From NCBI RefSeq assembly GCF_964355755.1, contig NC_092670.1:26770795-26834794 (forward strand): a stretch of DNA of 64,000 nucleotides. Direction: 5' to 3'. The stretch's first letter is position 1, and each line of letters starts with the position of its first letter. Source of the stretch: Antedon mediterranea (lineage: Eukaryota > Animalia > Echinodermata). Positions 34,664 to 48,981 of this stretch are shown one piece after another. The notes below the pieces were generated by a model. That model was given only the letters and a program-made list of their open reading frames with translations, did no database searches and was not told the DNA's origin. The translations under genes and the position numbers were made by a program.

Positions 34664-37600
34664 ATAATATATGATAGGACCTTGCTAACGCGAACACAAT
34701 AGCCGGTATAACAATCCCGATCAAAGATCCATATGCGTATAATGTCATAAACCACATTTGTTGTTACATAATAATAAAGACATAAGTTAATTTTTATCTA
34801 GATTTCATTATAAATCATGTGTATAATCTATACACTAAGAAATAAATTTGAACAAACAATACAGATAATAAAAAAAAAATCTTATTTTGTTTCACAAGGT
34901 GAGACTCGATCTCGGTACCTTGAATGCCACAGACACGAGCACAGACCATCGAGCCATACACAACTGACTAAAAGTTGTAGAAAAATTCCTCCGTTTATTT
35001 ACTATGCAGTAACCACTTTGGTGCAAATAGATTATTACATACCGCAATGAATTATAATTTTTTACTATGATGATATCTTTAAAATGTAAACAAATGATGC
35101 ACTGTCAAACTATATACTTTTAACTTTAATATATGAACTTTTGAAGGAAGAAAGTTAATGTTAAGTTTGTTATTTTGGCCTAAGAAAATGTCATAATTTG
35201 TTTGATTGTCGAAATTATTTAAAAAAAATTTAATATGCAATTAATGATGACTTAATCAACTTTTGTTCTCTTAATTTGATAATAAATCATACAGATGATA
35301 CATACACTTCAAGAAAATGAAATAAAAAATAGGTGTTCCCCTGCATTCTGACGATATATATTAATTTTAAAATTTAGCATATTTTCACCATTTTGTTAAC
35401 TTATACGTGCATAGCCAGTCACTTTTGACGTGCTCGTATAACGCAATTTCGAGTTGAAACGTGAATCAAATATGATGATATTATTAAAGAAAGATTGTAA
35501 AACAGAAATCGGGCAAAAAGAGTGCGCACGTACTGAAACGTACTCTAATTTCACCGAAAATAAATTTTGACAATTTTCAACATTTTAAGCGCGCGTACGC
35601 AAGCGTTATATGCGCTACGCACGTAATTGTATTGCCATATGATGAAATATGACCTGAAATTGATGAGTACCAAATTTTGTTTAATTGTGATTCATGCTTG
35701 TGAAGATATGATTACAAACGTGATTTCGTAAAAATTTTTGATTGCGCATCGTGAAAATATAACCACATCGATTCCTGGCCATAAGGAATATACTCTGAAA
35801 ACTTGACTTAGCTAGATGAAACTGATGCCAAGATAATTCACGGACAAAATAGTGCTAAGGAAAGAATAAATAAATAAATAAATAAAGATTCTGACAGAAT
35901 CAAGAGGTTATATGCATTAATGCATACCTAATAATGTAAAATATTAATGGACGAAGACGGAATCCCAAAAAGATGAAGATCTTGTGGCAGGATTGAATGG
36001 TGTTATTGGTAGCAAAATGGTTGCTAAGATGACACGTAACATATTCTATGGATCAGACCTTTTGTACTCGCAATGCTAAACAAATCTTCATGGGCTCCCG
36101 GACTATGGACCATGAAGTAAAGCTCTATGGATGGACCAACCAATTATGATAAATTGTATTAAATTTGAAATACAGTACATCGGCGCTGATGTATGATGGT
36201 TTGCAGTGGAAGAGGTGGCGAGTAGGAGGGTCTTCACCACCTCAGCCCCACCGTGTTGGGATTGAGTAAGGACATTTTGAAAATATGGGCCTCTAGTTGG
36301 CCAGAAATTAAGTACAACTTTTATCAAAGTTCCAGCTTGGAGTCAATAGTATAAAACCTTTAGGTATTTTAATCTGAAATATACACATAGGTCGAGTTCT
36401 CAATTCTTTAACACTAATGCTATTGATTTGTACTGTATACTTTTAATATGTCGAGAGGGAAAGTTACGTCATCTCCACACACTCTCCAAACTGCCCAAAT
36501 CATCATCCTATAATACCAAATTTAAACTCTTGCAATATTTCACTTTAAAACTATACACAGTTTCTTTCTTGCTTGTGTTTAAAATTATGAAAATCCAAAG
36601 ACAAATCAAAATAAACCGTTACTAGTATTCTATTTTATTTTTGTTGGAATTGCTAATAATTTAAGAAGCAAATACATGAATGAAAATTGCATAGTAAATC
36701 ATCATACTACAGTGCGCATGTGATTTTAATTAAAACTAGTATCCTAAATATAGGTTTGTGAATAAAGATTACTATGCAATTAATTTACATTTTTGTTTAT
36801 TTGTACTAAATAAAAAGATTCAATATAACTAAGTATGTTGCATCAAACAGCTTATTGTAATGGAGGAAACACTGAAACATCTGAACAAAACAAACCTATG
36901 TTCTTTCAATTATTAATATTAAGTTTTAGTTTTAATTTAAATCATATATACTGATGTACAGTAGTATGATATAGTATTTTCCTACATGTTTACAATTAAA
37001 TACAATCAGTATAATTGTTTGAAATATAAGGTTAAGCTATTAAAGAAGAAATTACAGTCAGGCTTTACAGAATGATTAGCATTTGTATTAATTAACCCAG
37101 ATAATAACATTAGTTTAATGCCCCATTTTATAAACATCAGAGCATTTTGTCAGTCCAAATTCAGCTTTCCTGGCAGCTTGTGATTTTTCAAATTGATCAT
37201 GAACAAGATTATTATCAGGTCCTTCAGATCAAATCTACCACCAGACGTCAAATTCACATACTGTAGTAAATATAGATAAATTTAGAATTGGACCTTCTTT
37301 AGTAGGATACAGTAACCAATACAGTGAATATGCTGAGATAGCTTACACTTAAATGTGTTTAAAATACTGTACAGTACTATACATGATCATACAAAATACA
37401 GTATAAGTATGGTACTGCATTCATACACTGTCTGTTTTTACCAACAGCACAGTCTGTATGTCCCATCAGTAGGCAGACAGTAGTTTTCAGTATTGGATCA
37501 AACCTATGTGTTTTTTGTTTATATTGCCTTTGTTGATTTTTAGGCTAGGGTAAACACAATCCTGTATACTGTGTAGGTTCTCATCAGCATCAGAAAATAT

Positions 37601-37965
37601 TCGGTGCTGTAAAGTTAATACATAATCATTTCCTCGCATTATTGCAAAATATAATTAGATGTAGACATGTTTAGGTAACTCATTACAGTTGACTAATATT
37701 CAGAATTTAGTAACTATAGCAACCAATTGAATACCATTATTCTAAATCTTATACTAAATAATGGGTTTACATTTTGAAATAGCATAGTACTAAAGCAATT
37801 GTAGGACAATAATGAGAGCTACAGTGGCACATCGTACCATCCATTGCAAATTGCAGAACTGGTTTGACATACTGTATCATATTGCTTATAATCTTTGCTT
37901 GAAAGCTAAATACAGCTTGGCAAATAACCTAATGAATATTTATCGTCTTATGTCTTTAAAATTAA

Positions 37966-39346
37966 ACTAGATTTAATTCGTCACTATGACGAATTATAGG
38001 TTACAGTATATGCATTGATTTAAATAAAGATAATTGATTGATTGAAAATATATTGATTGATTCATTTTCAGAATCTTTAATTATTTATAATATATGATAG
38101 GATCTTGCTAACGCAAATACAATAGCCGGTATCATAATCCGATCAAAGATCCTTCTGCGTATATAATGTCATAAACCACATTTGTTACATAATAATAAAG
38201 ACATAAGTTACTTATCACTAAATAAAATTGAACTAACAATATGGATAATAAAAAAAAATCTCATTTCATTTCGTTTCCCAAGGTGAGACTCGATCTCGGT
38301 ACCTTGAACGCCATAGACACGAGCCCAAACCACCGGGCCATCCACAACTGACTAACAGTTGTAGAAAGATTCCTCCATGTATTTACTATGCAGTAACCAC
38401 TTTGGTGCAGATAGATTAACATACCGCAATGAATTATAATTTTTTACAATGATGACATTTTAAAAAATTTAAAAAAATGATGCACTGTCACACTATATAC
38501 TTTTAACTTTAATATATGAACTTTTGAAGAAAGAAAGTTAATGTTAAGTTTGTTATTGTGACCTACGAAAATGTCATAATTTTTTGATTGTCGAAATAAA
38601 TTTTTTTAAATATTAAATGCAATTAATGATGACCTTATCAACTTTTGTTCTCTTAATTTCATAATAAATCATACACATGATACATACACTTCAAGAAAAT
38701 GAAATAAAAAATAGAAGTTCCCGAGCATTCTGACGATCTATATTAATGTTAAAATTTAGCATATTTTCACCATTTTGTTAACTTACACGTGCGTAGCCTG
38801 TCACTTTTGACGTGCTCGTATAACGCAATTTCGCGTTAAAAAGTGAATAAAATATGATGATATTATTAAAGAAAGGTTATACAACGGTAATCGGACAAAA
38901 ATAGTGCGCATTAACGTTTAATGTGCAGTGCGCATGCAAAAATCTGCGCAGTCATGGCAATTATTTAAACGCTTAAAATTGCCTGAAACGTACTCTAATT
39001 TCATCGAAAATAAATTTTGACAATTAAAAAAATTTAAAGCGCGCATACGCATGCATTATATGCGCTATGTACTTAATTATATTGCCATATGATGAAATAT
39101 GACCTGAAATTTAAGAGTACCAAATTTTGTTTAAAAGTGATTCATGATTGTGAAGATATGATTACAAACGTGATTTCGTTAAATCGCGCACAGTGAAAAC
39201 ATAACCACATCGATTCCTGGCCATAAGGAATATACTCTGAAAAATTGACTTAGCTAGATGAAACTGATATCAAGATAATTCACGGACAAAATAGTGCTAA
39301 GGAAAGAATAAATAAATAAAGATCCTGACAGAATCAAGAGGTTATT
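37966..39346 (-). mobile_element. HINE family A copy 3 (more diverged; right-hand palindrome lost)
   Basis: ACTAGATTTAATTCGTCACTATGACGAATTATAGGTTA... collinear with copy 1 up to GAATCAAGAGGTTAT. Confidence 0.85.
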
Positions 39347-40484
39347 AATAATAATTATTATATTACCTAATTATATTAACACTAGGGCACATTCTGAAAA
39401 CATACGAAGCATTCGCTTTTACAAAAATCAAATCGACATTCATTTTTTTTATCAATGACAGTGAAATTTGCAGTGGCGGATCAGGATCTGACAAGTGGGG
39501 TGCGTAGCACCGAGTGGGGGTGGGTTTGGGAGCCTCAGAAAATTTTTGAGGAAAAAGATGCTTATACACACTGTTTAATAGGCTAGAGCAACTGTTTCCA
39601 TCACATTTTTATAACAAATGTTTACAATGTAAATTTAAGTAAATCCTTCCTAAATACTGTACGGATCTTTTTTGACGAACTAATAATAAACTTTGATCGA
39701 AAAATATTTCAAACGAAATTAACATTTGGTAATGCGGTACTCCAAAAATGCCTTGATATAGTGCATGTGTTGTGTACTGCATGCACCACTGTGTTTTGGT
39801 GGTCTTAACCTCAGATATATACCCTACAGCCGGGTGAATAACTCAATGTAATTTAGTATACTATGATTGTAGTAATCGCCGTGTCTATAACACAAATCAA
39901 TAAAACGGCAAATACACCACACACTTTTTTTCGGTCGTGTACATACACTGGTACTGGTACTGGTTCAAATAACCGTCTCACAGAGACATCTGGTAGCCAT
40001 TGACTTGAAGTTGGCATTTGGATGTGTTACTTTTAAATGTAGGCCTACAGTATGAGAGTGACTACTACCAAATTACACAGTCACAAAACAACTTATAATA
40101 CAAGACATTTTTTTCAAGTTTATTTTATGCCTATAAAATAATAAAAGAACACCATGTTTCTCGTTTATTTTTATCGTTTATACGGCATACCATTATTATA
40201 TAAAAAACCTTCATACGCGAGAAAAAAGTTCACGATATTGTTACACTCCACGCTGTACAGGGGCGTAAATATACCACGCTAACTCTTGCACACACGGACC
40301 AGGGCGGTAATTAACTGAAATGGAAAATGGTGTATTTTTGGAGAGTGATGACGTCAGCATTTGCACGAGGAGCGAGCTAGATAATGTGATGAGGTACGTG
40401 CGTGTGTTTTGAAAATAACTCAGTTGTGGGTATTTTAAAGATTTTAAATCGCCTTTTCTTTTTAAACTCTTGAATTCATAAATA

Positions 40485-41321
40485 CCGTATATTTCGATGT
40501 ATAAGTCGCACCTGTGTATAAGACGCACCCCCTAACTGAGAGTAAAATATCGGTATTTTTAATATCGTCGATGTATAAGATGCACTTTATATTTCATCGA
40601 AACAATGTTTTTTTGAATTGCATTCAATATTAATATTGTAATAATATATTTTGTTATATCTACAATGGCGTCCTTTATTTCGGTTTTTTCTTACCTAGGC
40701 TCGGCCGCGCCCAACCTCAACAAGTTTTTCCAACTTGTTATTCATGAGTTTCGCATCCGCAACATCGAGTGCATGACCGTGTGTGTAACACGCACGTGTA
40801 TGGGCTAGCCTCGCTCGATCATTTCGAGAGGGCGCACGTTTTCACGGACAATCGTATTCGATTAGTATCTATGTATTCAAGAAGTGTGTATGCTAGGTCC
40901 ATGCTATAATCAACTGGAGAATATACTAGTCGAATACCGTACACCATGTGGCCGCCAAGAAGGGCTTGCGCTGGGGGTACGGCGATCGTGCGTATAACTA
41001 TAAATAAATACTAATCCAATCGTAAACGTTGACAAATGAAATTTTATCGGAGCGCCTAAAACAGCTCCATAATAAAAAAATCTTTTCATCATATTTAGTA
41101 TAACATCACGCTAAAATTCCTTAAAAACTAGGCAGAAGCAGGTTGCCGTTACGTTAGTACACTGTAGCTAGGCCTAGCCTACTCAGGCCGGTAATCCCTC
41201 AGGCCTAGCCAACGAGGTGACGATATGTACAATCTGTGTGGTGAGGCATTTATGTTCGGTGTATAAGAAGCATCCTTAATTTAGAGGTCAAATTTGCGTG
41301 TCAAAAGTGCGAAATATACGG
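40485..41321. mobile_element. Tc1/mariner (pogo/Tigger-like) MITE, TA TSD
   Basis: TA|CCGTATATTTCG ... CGAAATATACGG|TA; subterminal GTATAAGA(C/T)GCAC repeats. Confidence 0.8.
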
Positions 41322-41994
41322 TAGTAGTAATTAAACTCTTACTTTAGCTCTTTCACTATGTAGGCCTATTTACACAACTATAATGCTAGCTCTAGCCTAC
41401 TCTTCTTAAAAAAAAATTGAGAATTAAGGGGGTGGCTAGCCACCCTATTCACCACCCTAGATTCGTCACTGCTCTCTTCTCCCAGACATGGTTGGGGTTT
41501 GTAATTTGAGCATAACCCGTCCTAGTTTACAAATTATCAAAAATGTTGGCTTCTAGAACTATAACTGCTGCTTGCTTATAGCTTCTGAATGAGTAGTCTT
41601 CATGTATGTGCTGGCTAAAGCAGCAGCGTGAAAACTACTCCGATTCAGAAAATATTATATAAAGTGAGTTCCAAGATGGCGCCCAAAAAATAAAAATGGT
41701 AGCCATTGAAATTGAAATACATATCATCGTATACAAAGCCACAAATAGTCAATTCCTAATGTATTTTAGTCTGCAAATTAGAAGGAAAGTGCAACTGCAA
41801 GCATTGCATTTTATGAATTTTTTAAACATACTATTTATAAAAACCCATGTTATCAAATTTCTAAAGTTTTTCTTTGACCTTTGACCTCAATTTGAATATT
41901 TTAATCCAATTGAAAACAAAATAACCATATCTCCGCAACGCTTACATTAAATAAAATAATTTTAGTGTCAAATTATTTGGAAGATGCATATTAA

Positions 41995-42845
41995 CCCTTT
42001 CACTGCGGCGCATTATTCCCACCTCTGTGCGTAATATATATTTAAGAAAAACATATGATATTTTAATAAATTGCAAAAAAATACTAATTGAGATAATTGT
42101 GTGATTATTTTTGTGGTGTGTTATGGGCAAAGGGTTAGTTTACAATTAGGTATAAAAAAAAAAGTAATTTGCATATTGATGACATCATGTGACGTCATTA
42201 CAGGTATTTTGGATTTCGAGTTTTTTATCTATTCAATGATAAAAACTATATTTTCTATAAGAAATTCTTATGGAATACGTTTTTCCAACTGGATATTGGT
42301 GAAGATACGTATAACAAATAAAAATATTTAAAAAAAATTTAATTATTTTTATTGTTTTATAAAAATTATGCACAAATCAAAGTTTTGGGGCAAAATCGAG
42401 AAAATAATGACAGTTTCCAATAATTCACTATAGTACAAAAACTAACTATTGTTTCAGAATTTTTTTTTGTGTGTGTTGTGATAAACACAATGTTGCCCTA
42501 TTGGGGCTGGTAAATTTGTGTTACTTTCAAAATGGCCGCCATTACGCTACTCAAAACAACTTTCAAAGATAGAAATACTATTATACTATACTATTATAAT
42601 TAACTATAGAGGGCGCATTATTTTCAAGACGATCATACAACTACAGAGGGCCGTTTTTTTTGCCGGGGAATTTTTTTAATGACTTGCAAAATTATTCAAG
42701 TTCATCGAAAGAATATAGAGGGTGCCATATATTATAGGCAAATACGATTAAATAATTGTTTTGCCCATACCTGGTATTACCGGGTATACGCATTTCAACG
42801 ACATTTGTTTATACCCGGTAGTACCGGGTATACGCAGTGAAAGGG
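41995..42845. mobile_element. piggyBac-type MITE
   Basis: TTAA|CCCTTTCACTGCG ... CGCAGTGAAAGGG|TTAA; subterminal TACCGGGTATACGCA repeats. Confidence 0.88.
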
Positions 42846-43238
42846 TTAATATTCGTCCTAATGGAAACATTTGTCAAAAATGGCCGGAAGTATGATTTTT
42901 GGTATTTTTGACATTTGACCTAAATCGCATATAACTTGGTAACTAACAGTTGGACAAACTTTAAATAGGTCTAAAATTAATCAGAAGATGGATGTTTCTA
43001 TTCAGTCTAATACAAACTTTTCCAAGAAAATGACCCAGATTCTTGTTATTGACCTTTGACCTGTACTGATAGTACACATTTCTATATCTCGAAAACTAGT
43101 GGTCGTAAAAGTTTTTTTATGATAAATTATTAGATAAATATATATTTATATGTTTTAGAATAAAATAGTTTCTATGAAAATGTAAAAGAATCCTATTTAT
43201 GATAACTAAATTTGTAATTTGTTAACATCCAATAGTAT

Positions 43239-44146
43239 ACAAATAATGAATGTTTATGAGTGCAATGGTACAAATAATGGCACGAGGTGAATGATGAAAG
43301 GTTATATCAACGAGGCAAAGCCGAGTTGATATAACCTTTCATCATTCACCAAGTGCCATTATTTGTACCATTACACGAATACAAAACATTCATTATTTGT
43401 TTTATATAACATCTAAATAAATTCTAGTTATTTGAATCAAATAAAAGGTAGCCCTAGCCAAAGCTTACTACATTTCATTCACACACATTTGATTAAAAAC
43501 AGTAACATTTGGTTTTTAATAATGTTATATTAAATGTTATATTTATATGGATGGAAACACACCTACTTTTGTGTTAATTATGTCAACAAACGACCAAACA
43601 ATCCTAGGCCTAGCAAGGCTAAAACGCCTAGGCTAGGCCTAGCCTAATACTAGCATGGCCTAGGCTAGACCTAGTAGCCTAGTACTAGCTTGGCTAAAAG
43701 GCAAAACTTCGACAGACAATTGGAACTTATCTAAGCTAATTATGGTTTTTCCAACAATTCCACGTCTTGTAGGGATGTCCCCATTAATTAATCAAAATCC
43801 TAAAAATGATCTAAAGCTAATTTAAATGCCTTTTTGAATGAAATTAGTACATAATGTCCAAATCGTACACAAATATCTGCTGCTGTTGCATATCTCGCGG
43901 TGGTGTCTTACAAATGAAACTGAGACCAGACGACAGGTGGCGCTGTTGTATTTCACAGTACATAGCCATATCATAGGATAATTTGTGTACTAGATTTTTT
44001 TTCATCCGCGAGACGTTTTTTTTTTCGTACACAAAAATGTTTCAAAAAGTACTATTTAACGATCGTTGAATAGTGCGTACTATTGCACGCCATGTGACCC
44101 ACATTCGTCCAATCAAATGACAGGAATTTATATAGGTGTTATATAA
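43239..44146. mobile_element. Hairpin-bearing non-autonomous element (Crypton-like, tentative)
   Basis: ~70-bp-arm palindrome 43239-43400 centred on CGAGGCAAAGCCGAG; TTATATAACATC (43402) inverted to GGTGTTATATAA (44146). Confidence 0.55.
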
Positions 44147-46452
44147 TATTTGTTATGTATTAAAATGTGTTATATTTGCTGATTTTAGGCACTTAACGTA
44201 AATTTATCTGAACTATGGATATTTAATGTAAAATTTGTTTTCTTTAATATAAAGAAAATGGTTATCCATCAAATAAGACCATTTAAAAAATTTTCTGACA
44301 AAAACTTAGTTACAAGTAAAAAAGTGTACTTTTACTTATGTGAACAGCACCCTCAATCTTTATTTCCCCTAAAATACCACATTTTATGTGGTTTCAAAAA
44401 CTGAACTGGTTATAACTTTTTTTTATAGATTTTTTTTACAGTTGTAATTGTAATTTACATACCACCTCTACCATTTACTACAGCTACTTCATTTACATAC
44501 TTCTGCCATCCACATATACTGTATGTGATTTCCTAGTTTACTGGCAGCCATTTTGGATTTTTCCCACCATCTTTGCAACGAGTGACCTGTATTATGTACC
44601 ATGTCTAAAATATGTTTCAATGACCATGATTAGGCCCATTCCCTGTTTTCCTACTTCGTTTGATACCTACAGTATATGTGATTTCTGCAACCAGAATGAA
44701 TTCCAGTTTAGGCTACTGGCAGCCATGTTGGCCACCATCTTAACAACGAATGACCATATATGTCATGCAACATGTCTAAAATATATTTCCATGAATGAAT
44801 GAATAAATATATGACCATGAATATACTTATGTTTTAATAGTTCATTTGCCTATATGTGACTTCTGCAACAAATGAAATGTGATTTTTCAATTTATTGGCG
44901 GCCATTTTGGAATTTGGCCGCCATCTTGAAAAATAAATTACGACCAGAGTGGCTCCTAGGCAAAAATCAATTGGTAGATCCCAACGAAGCTCCATGCTTT
45001 TGTCCACCGTGTAACGATTATCTCAAAATTGGTTGTTAAGCCACCTGACTATAGTCAATTGACAACTTTATAAGTTTATATTGAGGTTATTCTATAACAT
45101 AGTTATAAGTTTACCAATGAAGCCATCTGAAGTAACCTTTTTGTTGTTAACAATCAAAACATGAAAATGAAATGGTGTATAGAGAAAATCTACAATCCAA
45201 AATTATTTAATATACTATTTTTATTAAGTAGAAGTGCTTGGGACATGCCTTTGAATATCTTCTGAAACATTGGTCATTGATAGATCAATTCATGTGCTCC
45301 TGCATTCTATTGGTACTTTGCTAATTTATTACATTTATTAATTTAAATACAGTTCACTTGCTCGTGGAGGCCATACAGGTTATTGATTTTGATGAAATGA
45401 GTAGCTTTCTGTGAAATTAAGCATGTAAAGATAAAAGAAATAAGTCAAAATTCACTATAATAATAGTATAATTTGATTAAATATATACTGTACTTTAATG
45501 ATTGAATATTGTATGTAGTTTATTTTCTATCATTTCTAATACTGAAAAAAAAAAACAAGTTTCATTTAACTTGGGTGATAATAATGCAGTATTACAACTA
45601 GGCCATTGCAAACAATTATAATATTAATTTTGTTTTCTTGTTTTTATACATTTTGTACAATACTCCATCTAGGGTAGTCATAGTAGTACTCAAGACTGGT
45701 AATGTTTAGTAATGTTGGCTGTGTTTATGCCTTGTGAATTTTTTTCTCTATAAAATATCAATATCTAAACTTCAGGGTACTGTAGGTTTTTTTATGATGA
45801 TGCACTCCAGCAAAATAAAACTATACCCCATAAAAGGTGTCTCATTTATATTCCATACTACTGTAAATAAATGGAAAAAAGTTTTTATTTATTGGCGATA
45901 ATAAATTAATAATTAATATTATTAATAATATATAAATAAAAACATACTATTTTAGCCTTAAAACATGTTTGTTCTGGTTATTATACAAACATGGAACAGG
46001 CCTACTACTACTACACTAAGCTGGCCGCTAGTGTCTTAGCTAGAGTTGTATCCAACACTGTGTATTATACTAGTTTAGGCCTACTACTACTAAGTTAGCT
46101 CAAATACATAAGTTAGCTCAAATACATTCTAAAATAGAGTAATTATATAATCCAATATTAATAATACTTAATATAGATGATATGGTAATTTACTGTTTAT
46201 TCAAATATTATCATTTATTCAAATATTATTAATTAGGGGTCTAAGTATTTTGTCGTAGGCCAATGATGTAAATTTTACCTGGCAAAATTCTCTTTATTAT
46301 AAAATACAAGTCATTTGTAGCACATAGCTTGCACGAAAGAAATTTTGCTTATAGGGCCTAGGCCTAGTGAATGTGATAAACTTACTAATGTTAACGTTGT
46401 TGCACCGCGCCAGGGGAAGTGTATTTATATTCACTGCAACAATCAATTCTAG

Positions 46453-46990
46453 TATGGGCGGCCATTAGGGCCAAAATAGACAAACGTTGAATTCAGCGCC
46501 TTGCAACTTCTCTCGAAAATAAGGAAATTAATCTAAATCAAGTGCAATATATTTTAGATGAGTTATGTAGAGATGCCATACAATTTGCCGTTACAATTCT
46601 CGCTTCCATGATATGTTACCCTCCCCACCCAGCCCCAGCAGAGAGCAGAGTGGTTTCAGTCACGTGGTTTTAAAATAATATGCTGCCCTCAACGTTTAAA
46701 TTTAGTTTAAGTTTAGACTGTACCCCATTTTGTCCTTGCGCCAATTTTTGTCCTTGCGCCAATTTTTGTCCTTTCGGCAATTTAACCATACAGGAATTTG
46801 TTCATACGGCAATGTATGTGTGTGTCCGTACGGCAATATTTGTTTGTCACTCGAGGAATTATGTCAAATTAACGCCATTTGTTTGCCTTACGGGAGCGGA
46901 TTATGTCTTTAACGCCATTTGTTTGGCTTACGGGAGTGGAATTTTTCGTACGGCAACGTTTGTCTATTTTGGCCCTAATGGCCGCCCATA
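46453..46990. mobile_element. IS3EU-like MITE with 37-bp perfect TIRs and 6-bp TSD
   Basis: TTCTAG|TATGGGCGGCCATTAGGGCCAAAATAGACAAACGTTG ... CAACGTTTGTCTATTTTGGCCCTAATGGCCGCCCATA|TTCTAG. Confidence 0.8.
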
Positions 46991-48451
46991 TTCTAGTGAG
47001 GTGAAATCTGAATATGAAATCTTGTAGTTTAGTCTTCATATTTTTGCAGATAACATCCACAATCTGGTCCAAGCAATAACCTTATTAAGTCTAACATCCG
47101 TTAATGTTTAATGTGGTTCCTAAACACTGCTTTCATGGTGGAAACTATTTTATTGAAACCCTCAGAAAAAACGTGTGTTCCGTAATTGACGCCATGTTGT
47201 TATTGTGTATAGGCGCTACAAAACAATTTATGTTCAATCAATCAAAGACTTTCTCAGTGCCATTGCCTAGAGCCTTGATTAGAATATAGATTCCGATGTG
47301 TTAGGTACATACTGTACATGCGAACTCACTTACACATAATGATAATTTCACTTTAATTATTAACTTTTAAATATCATCTTGATATTTTGAGATATAACGT
47401 GATTTAACGATGGAGGAATCGTTAAAGATTAAAGTTAAATTGTGGTACATTGCTGTTAGTGTGTAGTAGCATTCAGTATTATACAAATATTATGGAGATT
47501 TATGAGTGCAATTGTACAAATATTTTCATGAGGTGAAAGATGAAAGGTTGTATGTTCATGAGTATTACTAATACTGTACAAATATTTTTGGATAGTATTT
47601 TAAAAATATCTTATCATCTGTATAATTGTGGAATCCCACTGCACTGATGAGTTTGTTGTTGTAGATGGACTGGCTAGCCAACTGGTGAAAATCAAAATGT
47701 GGGAATTTTTTTTGTCAGTCTTCTCTCATTCATAAAACGAAAGTAGGTGTATGGTAAAACTAAAACAAGTGGAAAAGTCCAAGTGCAAATGACGTTAATA
47801 TTTAACCAATGGAATGTTTACTGCGAAGTTGGAAAATTGCAAATGAGGCTTTAATTAAAGCATTGATGTTTTAGGCCCTGGGTCTTCCCCTAAAAATCCT
47901 GAATGCACTACAGTAGTTAAATAGCTGCATGCATCAGCAGGTTGAACTAAACTAAAATAATTTAAAAAAAACATGTCACAATTGCAAAATATTACTAACA
48001 TTGTAATTACATACTTTATCAGAAAACAAGTTATTTAAGCTTAAATAGGTACATTTTGTTTTAAAAAAAGGATTACAAACAAGTATACTATTACACTTTT
48101 AATATGCCATGTTTCATAAAACCTGCTATTTTGTATTGGTTTTTGTTTGGATGTCAGATGGTTTCTTAAGTGTGCCTGCTGTTTCATTGTCAATTTTCAT
48201 TTATATCATATTTTATTGTTAGAAATTAGAATATTTTTTATCATATGTTTGAATATCTTTCACCATAACGCATTTTAATTTAATAACATTTTTAAATTTG
48301 TTTGAAATTCTAATACTGAGAGAGATAGTGAATTATTGTTTGATATTTTAATACTGAGAGAGGTATTGATTCAATTGTTTTCTTTATTTGACAATAATTT
48401 CACTTATATAATATGAAAAGACAATGTGATGTGCAAATAAATGTCAATTAA

Positions 48452-48757
48452 AGATGTATTGTCCCACTGATTGTCCTGCTGGAAAAATAATTCTTAACAC
48501 ATTTTGTTGTTGAATATGCTATTTTAATTTCATAAAAGAAAAGAAATGTATTTGTGTAAAAAATTTAATTTAAAGCCAATGGATTTTTGGTTGAATTTAA
48601 TTAACCATTTATTTTGTCATTTTATAAAGTGAAAACATACATTTTTTTGGCAGTTGTTTGTTCTACGGAAGTGAAATTTATTAAAACTACAAATAACCTA
48701 TACAAAGTCTGATTTAGTTACTCTTCGTTTTTCATGTTTTTTGGGGACAATACCTCT
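48452..48757. mobile_element. Kolobok-like MITE (AG termini, TTAA TSD)
   Basis: TTAA|AGATGTATTGTCCC ... GGGACAATACCTCT|TTAA; a related right end occurs at ~6053-6071. Confidence 0.75.
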
Positions 48758-48981
48758 TTAAGCAAATAAAGAATTCTACTGGTGACTGTCCGCATTTCGG
48801 TATACTCATCATAGCATTCTATTAATACTATAAAATTAAAAAAGAATCTGAATGAAGAATTAATATTGTAAACTTGATGTTGGTTTTTCTGATGTAGTTT
48901 ATGGTTTTGTAATTGATATTCTATACAAAAAGGTCTAAGACTAAAATATTTAGCTAACATTTGATTTTTGTTTGTTTACAG

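Larger units (their letters stand above)
29939..35931 (-). mobile_element. HINE family A copy 2, interrupted by the Academ transposon
   Basis: Near-identical to 19088-20553 over 29939-30059 and 34664-35931. Confidence 0.85.
41594..45051. mobile_element. Probable non-autonomous Academ-like element hosting two insertions
   Basis: Right end TTAAGCCACCTGACTA (Academ-type CTA terminus); left TAGTC..TGCTGGCTAA is only an imperfect match; flanks GAG/TAG. Confidence 0.4.

Noticed and set aside
39471-41471. Single hAT element CAGTGGCGGATC...GATTCGTCACTG
   Set aside because: Ends are compatible but there is no 8-bp TSD; more likely separate decayed fragments.
43600-43700. GGCCTA/CTAG-rich low-complexity tracts (also ~6510-6640 and ~27250-27295)
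   Set aside because: Recurrent cryptic simple sequence with no defined structure or boundaries that I can support.
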